Shown here: piece after piece, positions 47,417-56,921 of the stretch | How the letters are laid out: the number at the start of each line of letters is the position of its first letter | Position numbering within the stretch: the first letter of the stretch is position 1 | Assembly (NCBI GenBank): GCA_016176845.1 | Contig: JACOWJ010000025.1 | Location: 5,364-69,363 of the forward strand | Length of the DNA: 64,000 bases | Reading direction: 5' to 3' | Source: Nitrospinota bacterium | GTDB lineage: Bacteria; 2-12-FULL-45-22; JACOWJ01 | Made by a program: the position numbers and the translations under genes | Notes under the pieces: model-generated | Told to the model about the DNA's origin: nothing | Database searches by the model: none | What the model saw: only the letters and a program-made list of their open reading frames with translations

Positions 47417-48877
47417 ATGGCTGAGATCACCTTAGAACAGGCCAAGAGGAGGCAGTTGCGCGGCCTTCCATCGGTCGACGAGCTCCTCCAGAAGCTGAGC
47501 TCGCTGGAAGGCATCGGGGAACGATCCCGCCGGCGGATGGTCGAGTCGATCCGGGAGGTGCTGGAGAGGCTGAGGCGGTCCATCTTGCAGGCCGATACCC
47601 TGTCCCGGTTGAACGATATCGACCTGTCAGAAGGCCATCTCCTTCAGGAGGTGGAGGGACAAGTAGCCCGCCAGGAGGCCCCCAGCCTGAGGCGGGTGAT
47701 CAACGCCACCGGCATCATCCTCCACACGAATTTAGGCAGGGCCCTCCTCCCCCAGGCAGCCTTGGAGAACCTGGTTGCCATTGGCAAATATTATTCCAAC
47801 CTCGAGTATGACCTGCTCAGCGGCGAGCGGGGCTCTCGGCACAGCCACGTCGAGGAGCTCATGCGGCGCCTGACGGGGGCTGAGGCCGCCCTCTCGGTCA
47901 ACAACAATGCCGCCGCCGTCCTCCTCTCGCTGGACACCTTGGCCCAGGGCCAGGAGGTGATCGTCTCCCGGGGGCAACTGGTGGAGATCGGGGGCTCCTT
48001 TCGGATCCCGGACATCATGAAGAAGAGCGGGGCCCGGCTGGTGGAGGTGGGAACCACCAATAAGACCCGCATGGAGGATTATCGGGCGGCGATCACTCCC
48101 GAGACCGCCCTGCTCCTGAAGGTCCACACCAGCAACTTTCGGGTAGTGGGGTTCACCGCCGAAGCGAGCCGGGAGGAGCTGGTGGAGCTGGGCCGCCAGC
48201 ACCAGCTGCCGGTTATGGAGGATCTGGGCAGCGGCAACTTCATCGATCTCGCCCGGTACGGCCTTGCCGCGGAACCCACGGTCCAGGAGGTAGTCCGGGC
48301 CGGGGTCGATTTGGTGACCTTCAGCGGCGACAAATTGCTGGGAGGGCCCCAGGCGGGCGTTATCCTGGGCCGGCAAGATTTGATCGGTCGGATCAAAAAA
48401 AACCCTCTCACCCGCGCCCTGAGGATCGATAAGCTCACCCTGGCGGCGTTGGAATCCACGCTCCGCCTATACCTGGACGAAGAAGTGGCCATCCAGCAGA
48501 TCCCCACCCTCCGGATGCTCACCGCATCCCCTCAGGCGGTGGAGAAGCGGTGCAAGGCCCTCCTCCGGAAGACGCAACGCCTGAATGGGAGGAGGATCGC
48601 TGAGAATAGGTATCCTCTCGAGGTCCTCATCCTGGACGAACACTCCCAGGCAGGGGGAGGCTCCCTGCCCCTGGAGCTCCTGCCCACCAAGGTCCTGGCG
48701 TTACGATCCCCCACCGCTTCCTCGGAGACCCTGGAGCGACTCTTCCGGGCGAACGAGCCGCCCATCCTGGGCCGTCTCCAGAAAGACTTCCTCTACCTCG
48801 ATCTTCGTACCGTGCAAGAGGAAGAGGAGGTCGAGCTCCTCCAGGCCATCGAGCGGGTGGCTCAGGAATTGGGGTGA
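47417..48877 (+). CDS. selA: L-seryl-tRNA(Sec) selenium transferase
   Basis: VINATGIILHTNLGRA, VNNNAAA, EIGGSFRIPD, FSGDKLLGGPQ. Confidence 0.96.
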   Translation: MAEITLEQAKRRQLRGLPSVDELLQKLSSLEGIGERSRRRMVESIREVLERLRRSILQADTLSRLNDIDLSEGHLLQEVEGQVARQEAPSLRRVINATGIILHTNLGRALLPQAALENLVAIGKYYSNLEYDLLSGERGSRHSHVEELMRRLTGAEAALSVNNNAAAVLLSLDTLAQGQEVIVSRGQLVEIGGSFRIPDIMKKSGARLVEVGTTNKTRMEDYRAAITPETALLLKVHTSNFRVVGFTAEASREELVELGRQHQLPVMEDLGSGNFIDLARYGLAAEPTVQEVVRAGVDLVTFSGDKLLGGPQAGVILGRQDLIGRIKKNPLTRALRIDKLTLAALESTLRLYLDEEVAIQQIPTLRMLTASPQAVEKRCKALLRKTQRLNGRRIAENRYPLEVLILDEHSQAGGGSLPLELLPTKVLALRSPTASSETLERLFRANEPPILGRLQKDFLYLDLRTVQEEEEVELLQAIERVAQELG

Positions 48878-48967
48878 AATCTTGCGATCCAGATTTCAAA
48901 GATCAAATATTTTCCCCTTTTCCCGGTTTTTGTCAAGGCTTTTCTGGGCTGAAGCCCCAAAATCCCC

Positions 48968-48996
48968 TTGACTTCTTCCGCCTCCTCATGTACCTT
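48968..48996 (+). promoter_or_regulatory. sigma70-type promoter
   Basis: TTGACT-17 nt-TACCTT with extended TG. Confidence 0.45.
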
Positions 48997-49079
48997 TCCT
49001 CCGCAATATCCGCTGCGATCCTTGGAACAGGCGCCATCATGAGGCACAATGGGAAAAATCCCCGAACAGGAGGAACCTT

Positions 49080-49841
49080 ATGCCAAGCATCTATATCAAC
49101 GAATGGCCTCCCTATTCCCCGCCGGACCAGGCCCGCAAGGAGAACTCCCTGGTCGCGGCCCGGCTGATGATGAACGCCGCCCTGACCGCCCCCTTCGCCG
49201 GAGGGATTCCTCAGATCGAGGGGCATATCCTCTATGGGCACGACGAGCTGGAGCAGCTCGCCCGGAAGATGGAGGAGCTGGCCTACACCCTCAACAATGA
49301 GCGGACAGCCCACATTTACAAGTACGAGGCGGTCATGATGCGCGAATCGGATGTGGTCCTCTTTATCGGAAACTACCGGGCCGCCCAGTCGCCCCTGGAT
49401 GCCAACTGTGGCCTATGCGGCGGCCCATCCGGCTGCGGCTATGTCTATGGGAGGCGGACCGTCGTGGCCGGACAGATCGACCTTACCGACCGCCGGTGTG
49501 ACACCGCGGTCAACGGCCCCCTCTGCTCGGCCCGGGTCAACGATCTGGGCTACGCCGTGGGCTCCGCCCTCTGGATGGCCACCCGGCTGATGGTGGATTG
49601 CCGCCCCATGATGACGGTGGGGGTAGCCGGCCAGAAGCTGGGTTATTGCCCTAACTCCATGATGGTGGTGGGGCTTCCTGTGGCCACGCTCTCCAAGAAC
49701 CCCTATGTGGATGTGGGAACCCAGTACCACGTGATCAACATGGGGCAGATGGTGGACGCCGTCCGCAAGACCTACACCATCGCCCGGCAGTTTGGCCCGG
49801 ATTATCGCAAGACCATCCCCCCCAAAGTAGAGGAGGCGTAA
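49080..49841 (+). CDS. DUF2148-like ferredoxin-domain protein
   Basis: ALTAP, NCGLCG..C, DLGYAVGSA. Confidence 0.7.
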   Translation: MPSIYINEWPPYSPPDQARKENSLVAARLMMNAALTAPFAGGIPQIEGHILYGHDELEQLARKMEELAYTLNNERTAHIYKYEAVMMRESDVVLFIGNYRAAQSPLDANCGLCGGPSGCGYVYGRRTVVAGQIDLTDRRCDTAVNGPLCSARVNDLGYAVGSALWMATRLMVDCRPMMTVGVAGQKLGYCPNSMMVVGLPVATLSKNPYVDVGTQYHVINMGQMVDAVRKTYTIARQFGPDYRKTIPPKVEEA

Positions 49842-49846
49842 GGAAA

Positions 49847-50689
49847 ATGGCCCTTTACGAAGGTAGGAGCACCGCTTACGAGGCCCTGGTCGATATCGCC
49901 AAGCACTGTATTCATGCGGTCTACAAGGCCCCCCAGGTCACGGCGCGGCTGGAGCTGAAGACCGCCATCATCACCAACGAGGAGCTTCATCCGGTCATGG
50001 AGGTCCTCTCCACCCTGGCGGGAGCAGAGTTCGTGATGGAGATGGATTATCTCACTTACAAGGATGCCGCAGCGATGGGCCAGCAGCCGGTCGTGGTGGC
50101 GATCGGGGCGGACGTTACCTATTCGGAGCTGGGGTGGGATTGTGGGGCCTGTGGCTTTCAAACCTGTTCCGAGTTCAACCGTTACAGCAAGGAGAACAAG
50201 GGCCTCGGCCTGCTGGGCACCGGGCCCTCCTGCAACTGGAAGATGCTCGACCTGGGGATCGCCTGCGATTGGGCCTGTGCTGCCGCCTGGCAGTACAACA
50301 TCGAGAACCGGGTAGAGTTCACCGTGGGGGCGGTCATCAACCTGTTGGAGTACCTGGACGGTTGCAGCTGCGTCCTGGCCCTCCCCCTGGGCCCTCTGAC
50401 CGACCTCTGGTACTATAACCGGCCCATGTTCACCCGCCGGTTCAACTACGAGCAGTGGCTGAGCCAGATGCGCAACGTGGCCCCGGTAGCCTTCCAGGGC
50501 TTCAGCGGGGGCCAGCACCCGATGATCAAGGGGGCTGGGGCCTGGTGGCAAAAGGCCCCTGAGATGGTCAAAGTCGAGGGCGATCCCCAGATGATGCAGG
50601 AGAAGCTCGATCTCCAGGGCCGGCTGATGCAGCAGGTCATGGAGAAGCGACAGGTGGTGGCCCAGATGAAGGAGAAGTCCCGCGCGTAA
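49847..50689 (+). CDS. DUF2148-like ferredoxin-domain protein (paralogue)
   Basis: DCGACGFQTC, DLGIACDWA. Confidence 0.7.
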   Translation: MALYEGRSTAYEALVDIAKHCIHAVYKAPQVTARLELKTAIITNEELHPVMEVLSTLAGAEFVMEMDYLTYKDAAAMGQQPVVVAIGADVTYSELGWDCGACGFQTCSEFNRYSKENKGLGLLGTGPSCNWKMLDLGIACDWACAAAWQYNIENRVEFTVGAVINLLEYLDGCSCVLALPLGPLTDLWYYNRPMFTRRFNYEQWLSQMRNVAPVAFQGFSGGQHPMIKGAGAWWQKAPEMVKVEGDPQMMQEKLDLQGRLMQQVMEKRQVVAQMKEKSRA

Positions 50690-50727
50690 TCGGCCACATT
50701 CTAAGGGAGGATCAAGGGGGAGACCCA

Positions 50728-52137
50728 ATGGACGCTCTAGCTGCCCTTTTGCAACCGCTCGGTGGAACCCTTCGCATTACAGGCGAAAAGGTCACCGTAC
50801 TTGACGAGAGCTCTCTGCGTGATCGGATGGACCGGTTGGTCCGGGAGGCCGTCTTCGGCGATCGCTCGACCCGGGATGTCGCGCGCTGGCTGATCTGGGA
50901 GATCGCCCAGGATCTGGAGATCCGCCCGGCCTCGATCCATGAGCTTTACCTGGCCCGTGGCCGCGGCGAGATCTCCCGGCCCTTCACTGTGCCGGCCCTG
51001 AACCTGCGCATGTTGGCATACGACTCGGCCCGGGCCGCCTTCCGGGCTTCCTTGGGGTTGAAGGCCGCTGCCATGATCTTCGAGATTGCGCGCAGTGAGA
51101 TCGCTTACACCGACCAGCGGCCGGCCGAGTACGTCAGCGCGGTTCTGGCTGCCGCCATCCGGGAGGGCTTTCGCGGCCCCGTCTTCATCCAGGGGGACCA
51201 CTTCCAGGCGAGCGCCAAGCGGTATGCCGTCGATCCCGAGGCGGAGCGAAAGGCGATTCGCGAGCTGATCGCCGAATCGATCGATGCCGGATTCTACAAC
51301 ATCGACATTGATACCTCCACGTTGGTGGACCTCACTCGACCCTCCCTGGACGAACAACAGTGGGCCAATTATTCGCTGTGCGCCGAGCTGACGCGAGCCA
51401 TCCGCCAGCACGAGCCCGAGGGCATCACGATTTCCGTGGGGGGGGAGATCGGCGAGGTGGGCGGCAAAAACAGCACGCCCGAGGATCTGCGGGCCTTCAT
51501 GGGGGGCTATCACCGAATGCTCGGCGGGGGGGTCGGCATTAGCAAGATCAGCATCCAAACGGGCACCTCGCACGGCGGCGTGGTCTTGCCCGATGGCACA
51601 TTGGCCCAGGTCGCCATCGACTTCGAGGTGTTACGAACGCTCTCAGAGATCGCCCGTCGCGAGTATGGCATGGCAGGTGCCGTTCAGCATGGTGCCAGCA
51701 CCCTTCCCGAGCAGGCCTTCGGCAAGTTCGTCGAGGCCGATTGCTGCGAAGTCCACCTGGCGACGGCGTTTCAGACGATGATCTTCGAGCACGAAATGCT
51801 GCCCGGAGAGTTGCGCGAACAGATGTACGCCTGGTTGAGGGAGAACGCTGCCGAGGAGCGAAAACCCCAGGACACCGAGGCCCAGTTCCTTTACCGGACC
51901 CGAAAAAAGGCCGTAGGCCCGTTCAAGCGACAGGCCTGGGAGCTGCCGGAGGAGAGGCGGGCAGCCTTGCGCGGGAGCCTGGAAAGGGTGTTCGCCTTCC
52001 TGTTTGAGCAACTGGCGGTTGCCGACACGTCCGGCCTGGTGCGGCAATATGTCAGAGCGCCCGAGGTCCACAGACCGTTGCCAACCGCGACGTCGGAGGC
52101 CAGAGCCGCCGACGGGGTCGAGGGGCTGGCCGATTGA
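50728..52137 (+). CDS. Class II fructose-bisphosphate aldolase family protein
   Basis: QGDH, GEIGEVGG, GTSHGG, VQHGASTL. Confidence 0.85.
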   Translation: MDALAALLQPLGGTLRITGEKVTVLDESSLRDRMDRLVREAVFGDRSTRDVARWLIWEIAQDLEIRPASIHELYLARGRGEISRPFTVPALNLRMLAYDSARAAFRASLGLKAAAMIFEIARSEIAYTDQRPAEYVSAVLAAAIREGFRGPVFIQGDHFQASAKRYAVDPEAERKAIRELIAESIDAGFYNIDIDTSTLVDLTRPSLDEQQWANYSLCAELTRAIRQHEPEGITISVGGEIGEVGGKNSTPEDLRAFMGGYHRMLGGGVGISKISIQTGTSHGGVVLPDGTLAQVAIDFEVLRTLSEIARREYGMAGAVQHGASTLPEQAFGKFVEADCCEVHLATAFQTMIFEHEMLPGELREQMYAWLRENAAEERKPQDTEAQFLYRTRKKAVGPFKRQAWELPEERRAALRGSLERVFAFLFEQLAVADTSGLVRQYVRAPEVHRPLPTATSEARAADGVEGLAD

Positions 52138-52248
52138 TTCGATCGAACGAATCGAATCCTCTCGATCCCGAGCGTGATGCTCCGTCATCATTTGATTTAT
52201 GTGATGGACGATGATAGATTAGATTTAAGGTTCGGAGATAAACCATGG

Positions 52249-52364
52249 TCAAGTTAGGAGTTAGGGATTAGGGACTAGGGGCTAGTAAGAAAGAAGAGCT
52301 TTTGCTAATCCCTAGCCCCTAGTTCCTAGCCCCTAAAAATGGAAATTCCTATACGTTTGAATTA
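52249..52364 (+). repeat. Heptamer-hairpin cassette, GGGCTAG type, with tail
   Basis: CAAGTTA...AAAAATGGAAATTCCTATACGTTTGAATTA. Confidence 0.85.
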
Positions 52365-52383
52365 ATGGTTCAAGAAGGGGCTG

Positions 52384-54219
52384 ATGCGGATGGAACGGGA
52401 AGCAAGCGCTCTCCAGGAGATTGCCCGGGTCATCAGCGACGGGCGGGACCTCAACGAGATTCTCCATGGACTCATCGAAGTGGTCCCCCGGGCCATGGAG
52501 ATCCCTCGATGCATGATCTTTCGGGTGGGTCGGGAGTGCGGGGAGCTGGTGATGCCGGCCAGTATAGGCCTTAGCGCGGGAGCGGCCCGGTCGATCGAAA
52601 GGCGGAAGCAGCCGTTGGATGCGCTCACCCCCATCCAGCGCGAAGTGCTGATGGAAGGGCGTACGGTTGCCGTGGAGGACGTGGCGGCCGATCCCCACCT
52701 GCATCCCGAGGATCGCGAGTACCTCGGATTCCTCGGGATGCGCTCAATCTTGGGCGTGCCCCTGCGCATGGGCGGCAAAAGCATCGGCTACTTTACGCTG
52801 GATGATCCCCATCGGCCGCGCGCCTTCTCCGAGGGCGAGATCCGCCTCGCGGAAGTCATCGCGGCGCATGCCGCCCTGGCGATCGATCGCGCTGAGGCAT
52901 GGGAAGAGGCCCAAAAGGCCTCGGGGGAGCTGGAATGGTTGAAGCATGCCTTTGATGCCCGGGTGGAAAAATGTACGGGGGCATGGTCCACGGTTCAAAA
53001 CCAACGGGTGAGGGATCTGGCTGCGTTGGTCGAGGCCGGCATCGCCATTACCTCCGAGTTATCGCTGGACAAAGTGCTCCAGCGCATCGTGGATGTCGCC
53101 CGTGGGGTGCTGCGCGCACACTACGCGGCATTGGGCGTGGTTGCCGAGGGAGATGCGCAGCTCGAGCGCTTCTTCGTCTCCGGCATCGATGCAGAAACGC
53201 AGGCACAAATCGGCCTTCTGCCGGTAGGGCGCGGCATCCTGGGGGCGCTCCTGCGCGAGGGCAAGCCCCTGCGCTTGCGCGACCTGACCAAGGATCCGCG
53301 ATCTGTCGGCTTCCCCCCGCATCACCCGCCCATGCGCTCCTTCCTGGGCGTGCCCATTATCTCCCGCGGGCGCGTCTTCGGACGTCTCTATTTTACCGAG
53401 AAGCAGGACGAAGACGAGTTCAGCGAGGAAGACGAGAGCCTGGCCCTCAGCCTGGCGGCGCAGGCGGCCGTCGCGATCGAGAACGCGCGCTTGTTCCAGG
53501 AAACCCAGGAGCAGCAAGAGCGCCTCCTTCGCGCCGAAAGATTGTCCGCCATTGGCACCCTTGCGGCCACGGTGAGCCACGAGCTGCGCAATCCGCTGTC
53601 GGTCATCAACAATGCGGTCTTCTTCCTGAGCACCAAGGTGCCCCGGGACGATCCGCGCGTCGTTCGCAACCTGGAGATTATCCGCCGCGAAGTACAGACG
53701 GCCACGCACGTCATCGAAGACCTGCTGGACTTCGCGCGCTCCCGTCCCCTCCACGTCACGCCGGTAGAGGCTGAACTGCTGGTGCGGGATACGTTGATCC
53801 GCCAGCAGATGCCGGTGAACATGCATGTGGAGAATCTGGTGCCGAAAGAGCTGCCGCCTCTGTGCGTGGACCCGGGGCAGATGCAGCAGGTGCTGAGCAA
53901 TCTCATCGAAAACGCAATGCAGGCGATGCCGGATGGCGGCACCCTGCGCCTGGAGGGGGCAGCCGGGGGCGGGCGGGCGACCTTGCGCGTGTCCGATACC
54001 GGCGTGGGCATCGCGCCGGAGAACCTCTCGCGCATCTTCGAGCCGCTCTTCACGACCCGGAGCCGCGGGGTGGGCCTGGGGTTGGCCCTCGTGCGGCGCA
54101 TGGTGGAGGCTCATGGCGGTCATGTGAGCGTCGAGAGCGAGGTGGGCAAGGGCACCACCTTCATCCTGGAGCTGCCAACGGCAGAAGCGGATCGCAAGCC
54201 CATTTCCTCTGGGGCATGA
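52384..54219 (+). CDS. GAF-GAF sensor histidine kinase
   Basis: Two GAF domains, SHELRNP, NLIENA, DTGVGI, GVGLGL. Confidence 0.92.
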   Translation: MRMEREASALQEIARVISDGRDLNEILHGLIEVVPRAMEIPRCMIFRVGRECGELVMPASIGLSAGAARSIERRKQPLDALTPIQREVLMEGRTVAVEDVAADPHLHPEDREYLGFLGMRSILGVPLRMGGKSIGYFTLDDPHRPRAFSEGEIRLAEVIAAHAALAIDRAEAWEEAQKASGELEWLKHAFDARVEKCTGAWSTVQNQRVRDLAALVEAGIAITSELSLDKVLQRIVDVARGVLRAHYAALGVVAEGDAQLERFFVSGIDAETQAQIGLLPVGRGILGALLREGKPLRLRDLTKDPRSVGFPPHHPPMRSFLGVPIISRGRVFGRLYFTEKQDEDEFSEEDESLALSLAAQAAVAIENARLFQETQEQQERLLRAERLSAIGTLAATVSHELRNPLSVINNAVFFLSTKVPRDDPRVVRNLEIIRREVQTATHVIEDLLDFARSRPLHVTPVEAELLVRDTLIRQQMPVNMHVENLVPKELPPLCVDPGQMQQVLSNLIENAMQAMPDGGTLRLEGAAGGGRATLRVSDTGVGIAPENLSRIFEPLFTTRSRGVGLGLALVRRMVEAHGGHVSVESEVGKGTTFILELPTAEADRKPISSGA

Positions 54220-54391
54220 CCTTCGCTCGATTTCTCCATCCCTTTGCCGGCGGGGATCGTCATCCGTTTGGCGCCGATTGCCACAGTCTCCTCAAGGAGG
54301 AGCCCCTCGCCATGCCGCGCCAGGGAGCCCTCCAGTGGTTCTTTCTCCTTCTCCTTAATAAAACAGGGCTAAGAAGGAGTTTTTTAAATCC

Positions 54392-54490
54392 TAATTTAAT
54401 CGCAAGGAATTTCTTTTTTTAGGGATTGGGGCCTGGGATTAGCGAAAGCCTTTCTTAACCAATCCCTAGTCCCTGGTCCCTAATCCCTGC
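54392..54490 (-). repeat. Heptamer-hairpin cassette, reverse orientation
   Basis: TAATTTAATCGCAAGGAATTTCTTTTTTT + GGGATTR/CCCTAGT hairpin. Confidence 0.75.
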
Positions 54491-54527
54491 GAACTCAAAA
54501 TTAAATATTAAATTAAGCATAGGAGGC

Positions 54528-54608
54528 TTTAACGTGAAAATGCCCGAATCCCTCTGGAGCCCGTTTTCATCCAGGGGGCCGGCCAACTTTGCCGGGCCAT
54601 GACGGTTT
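54528..54608 (+). repeat. Family X repeat arm
   Basis: TTTAACGTGAAAATGCCCG..TTTTCAT..GGCCAACTT..GGCCATGACGGTTT. Confidence 0.75.
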
Positions 54609-54765
54609 ACTGGGGGTTCCCCTCGGAACCTGGCGGGGAGCTTCCCCGAGACCACCCACCGGATTAGGGATTGGATATCTCTGTATAAACTGACGGATAG
54701 ATACTATAATAATATGTCAGGCAGAATATGAAGATAGAGAAGGCCAAAAGAAGGAGGAGAAAACC

Positions 54766-55533
54766 ATGGCCTATCCACTCAACGTGCTCGTGGTAGATGA
54801 TGACATTCACCTCACAGAGACCCTATCCGATATTTTGGAGGGAGAAGGCTATGAGGTGGAGGTAGCTCATGATGGGTTCGAGGCCGTTGAGAAAGCGAGG
54901 GTCCGTTTTTTCGACTGTATCCTGATGGATATCCGGATGCCGGGGATGAATGGCGTGGAGGCCTTCAAAGAGATCAAACGGATCTCGCCGGAGACCCCCG
55001 TAGTGATGATGACGGCCTATTCGCTTTACAATCTTATCGAGGAGGCCAAGCAGGAAGGAGTCCTGGCTGTCCTGCCGAAGCCTTTGGACCTAAGAAAGAT
55101 CCTCTCCTCTCTGGAGGAGATGAGGGAGCCCTCTCCCCTGCTCATCGTGGACGACGACCCGCACTTCTGTGAAACCCTCAAGGGCTGCCTGGAGGAGGAG
55201 GGCTACCGAGTCGCCTGCGCCGCGGATGGGCAGGAGGCGATCGACCTGCTCTCGAATTCCCGCTATTCAGCGGTCTTCCTGGATATGAAGCTCAAAGGGA
55301 TCAGCGGAATGGACACCTTCGTGGCCATTCGGAAGATCGATCCGCGGGTGGCGGTGATCCTCCTCACCGGTTACACCGACGGAACGGAGAAACAGATCGA
55401 AGCCAGGAGCCCATATCGACCTCACCGTGTACTCTTCAAGCCCTTTGCGGTAGAAGAGATCCTGGAGATGCTGAAAGATTTACGCCGGGAACGCTTCCAG
55501 AAGAACCTGGAGGCCAGGATCACCGAGGTTTGA
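54766..55533 (+). CDS. Response regulator with two receiver domains and no output domain
   Basis: VVDDD..LMDIRMP..KP twice (second: IVDDD..FLDMKL..KP). Confidence 0.9.
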   Translation: MAYPLNVLVVDDDIHLTETLSDILEGEGYEVEVAHDGFEAVEKARVRFFDCILMDIRMPGMNGVEAFKEIKRISPETPVVMMTAYSLYNLIEEAKQEGVLAVLPKPLDLRKILSSLEEMREPSPLLIVDDDPHFCETLKGCLEEEGYRVACAADGQEAIDLLSNSRYSAVFLDMKLKGISGMDTFVAIRKIDPRVAVILLTGYTDGTEKQIEARSPYRPHRVLFKPFAVEEILEMLKDLRRERFQKNLEARITEV

Positions 55534-55561
55534 TGGGGCCAGGCAAAAGGGTACCCTGATA

Positions 55562-56809
55562 ATGTACGATTCACCCCTGTACCGGATGGCACTGCGTCAG
55601 TTGGATCGGGTGGCGGAGAGGATTCACCTCGACCCGTGGATCCACCAGAGGCTGCAGGTCCCCAAAAGGGCCTGGATCGTGGCGGTCCCCACTTTGATGG
55701 ATGACGGGAGCCTGTCCGTTTTTACGGGTTACCGGGTCCAACACGATTTTTCCCTGGGCCCCTCCAAAGGAGGGGTGCGTTACTCCCCCAACGTGAACCT
55801 GGCGGATATGACCGCCATGGCGATGTCGGCGACCTGGAAATGTGCCTTGATGGATCTGCCCTTTGGGGGCGCGATGGGGGGAGTTCGGTGCGATCCGGAG
55901 AGGATGTCCCTCGGAGAACTGGAGCGCATGACGCGCCGTTACATCTCGGAGATCATCCTCAGCATCGGGCCGGAGATCGATGTTCCGGCCCCCGATCTAT
56001 GCACGGATGAGCAGACGATGGCCTGGATGCTGGACACTTACAGCCTGCAGAAAGGCTATACCCGATCCGGTGTGGTTACCGGCAAGCCCTTGATCTTGGG
56101 AGGGACCCAAGGGGGCTCGAGGGCCACCGGGATGGGCGTGATCTTCGCCCTGGAGGAGACCTTAAGGGCACTCCGGTGGAAGACCCAGGCCCCCACCCTC
56201 GCCGTCCAGGGCTTCGGCAAGGTGGGGGCAGCCGCTGCCAGCCTGCTATACCAAAAGGGGTTCAAGGTCATCGCGGTCAGCGACGTCCGGGGTGGGATCT
56301 ATAGTCCCAGAGGGTTGGATATCGAGCTCCTCAAAAAACACCGTGAGGAAAGCGGCGCCGTGGTCAATTTCCCTGGGGCCGAGCCCCTCACTGGCCAGGA
56401 GTTGTTGGAGATCCCCTGTGACATTTTGATTCCGGCCGCCTTGGAGAATCAGATCACGGAGGAGAACGCTGATCGGCTGCGGTGCAAGATCGTGATCGAA
56501 GGGGCCAGCAGCCCAACCACCCAGGAGGCCGACGAGATCCTCGAAGGGAAAGGGATCTTCGTGATCCCCGATATCCTGGCCAACGGGGGTGGAGTGGCGA
56601 TTTCCTACTTCGAGTGGGTCCAAGACACCCAGCACCTCTTTTGGACAGAGGAAGAGACCACGTGGCGCCTCCGGGACATCATGAGCCGGGGGTTCCACAA
56701 GGTTTATCAGTACGCCCAGCGCGAAGGGGTCTCTATGCGGCTGGCCGCCCATATCTTGGGCATCTCCCGTTTGGCAGAGGCCCACAAGCTGCGGGGGCTC
56801 TATCCTTGA
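55562..56809 (+). CDS. Glu/Leu/Phe/Val dehydrogenase homologue, probably non-catalytic
   Basis: GPSKGGVRY, GFGKVG and ANGGGV present, but GGAKGG reads GGAMGG. Confidence 0.85.
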   Translation: MYDSPLYRMALRQLDRVAERIHLDPWIHQRLQVPKRAWIVAVPTLMDDGSLSVFTGYRVQHDFSLGPSKGGVRYSPNVNLADMTAMAMSATWKCALMDLPFGGAMGGVRCDPERMSLGELERMTRRYISEIILSIGPEIDVPAPDLCTDEQTMAWMLDTYSLQKGYTRSGVVTGKPLILGGTQGGSRATGMGVIFALEETLRALRWKTQAPTLAVQGFGKVGAAAASLLYQKGFKVIAVSDVRGGIYSPRGLDIELLKKHREESGAVVNFPGAEPLTGQELLEIPCDILIPAALENQITEENADRLRCKIVIEGASSPTTQEADEILEGKGIFVIPDILANGGGVAISYFEWVQDTQHLFWTEEETTWRLRDIMSRGFHKVYQYAQREGVSMRLAAHILGISRLAEAHKLRGLYP

Positions 56810-56810
56810 C

Positions 56811-56905
56811 AAAGTTTTAAGTTTTAGGTTTTAAGTTGAAACCTAAAACCTAAAACCTAAAACCTAAAACCTAAAACCTATTTTATAAGGTATAGGAATT
56901 TACAT
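56811..56905. repeat. TTTTAGG/(CCTAAAA)n hairpin with truncated tail
   Basis: AAACCTA x6 followed by GTATAGGAATTT. Confidence 0.8.
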
Positions 56906-56921
56906 AGTAAGGGGGACCGCC

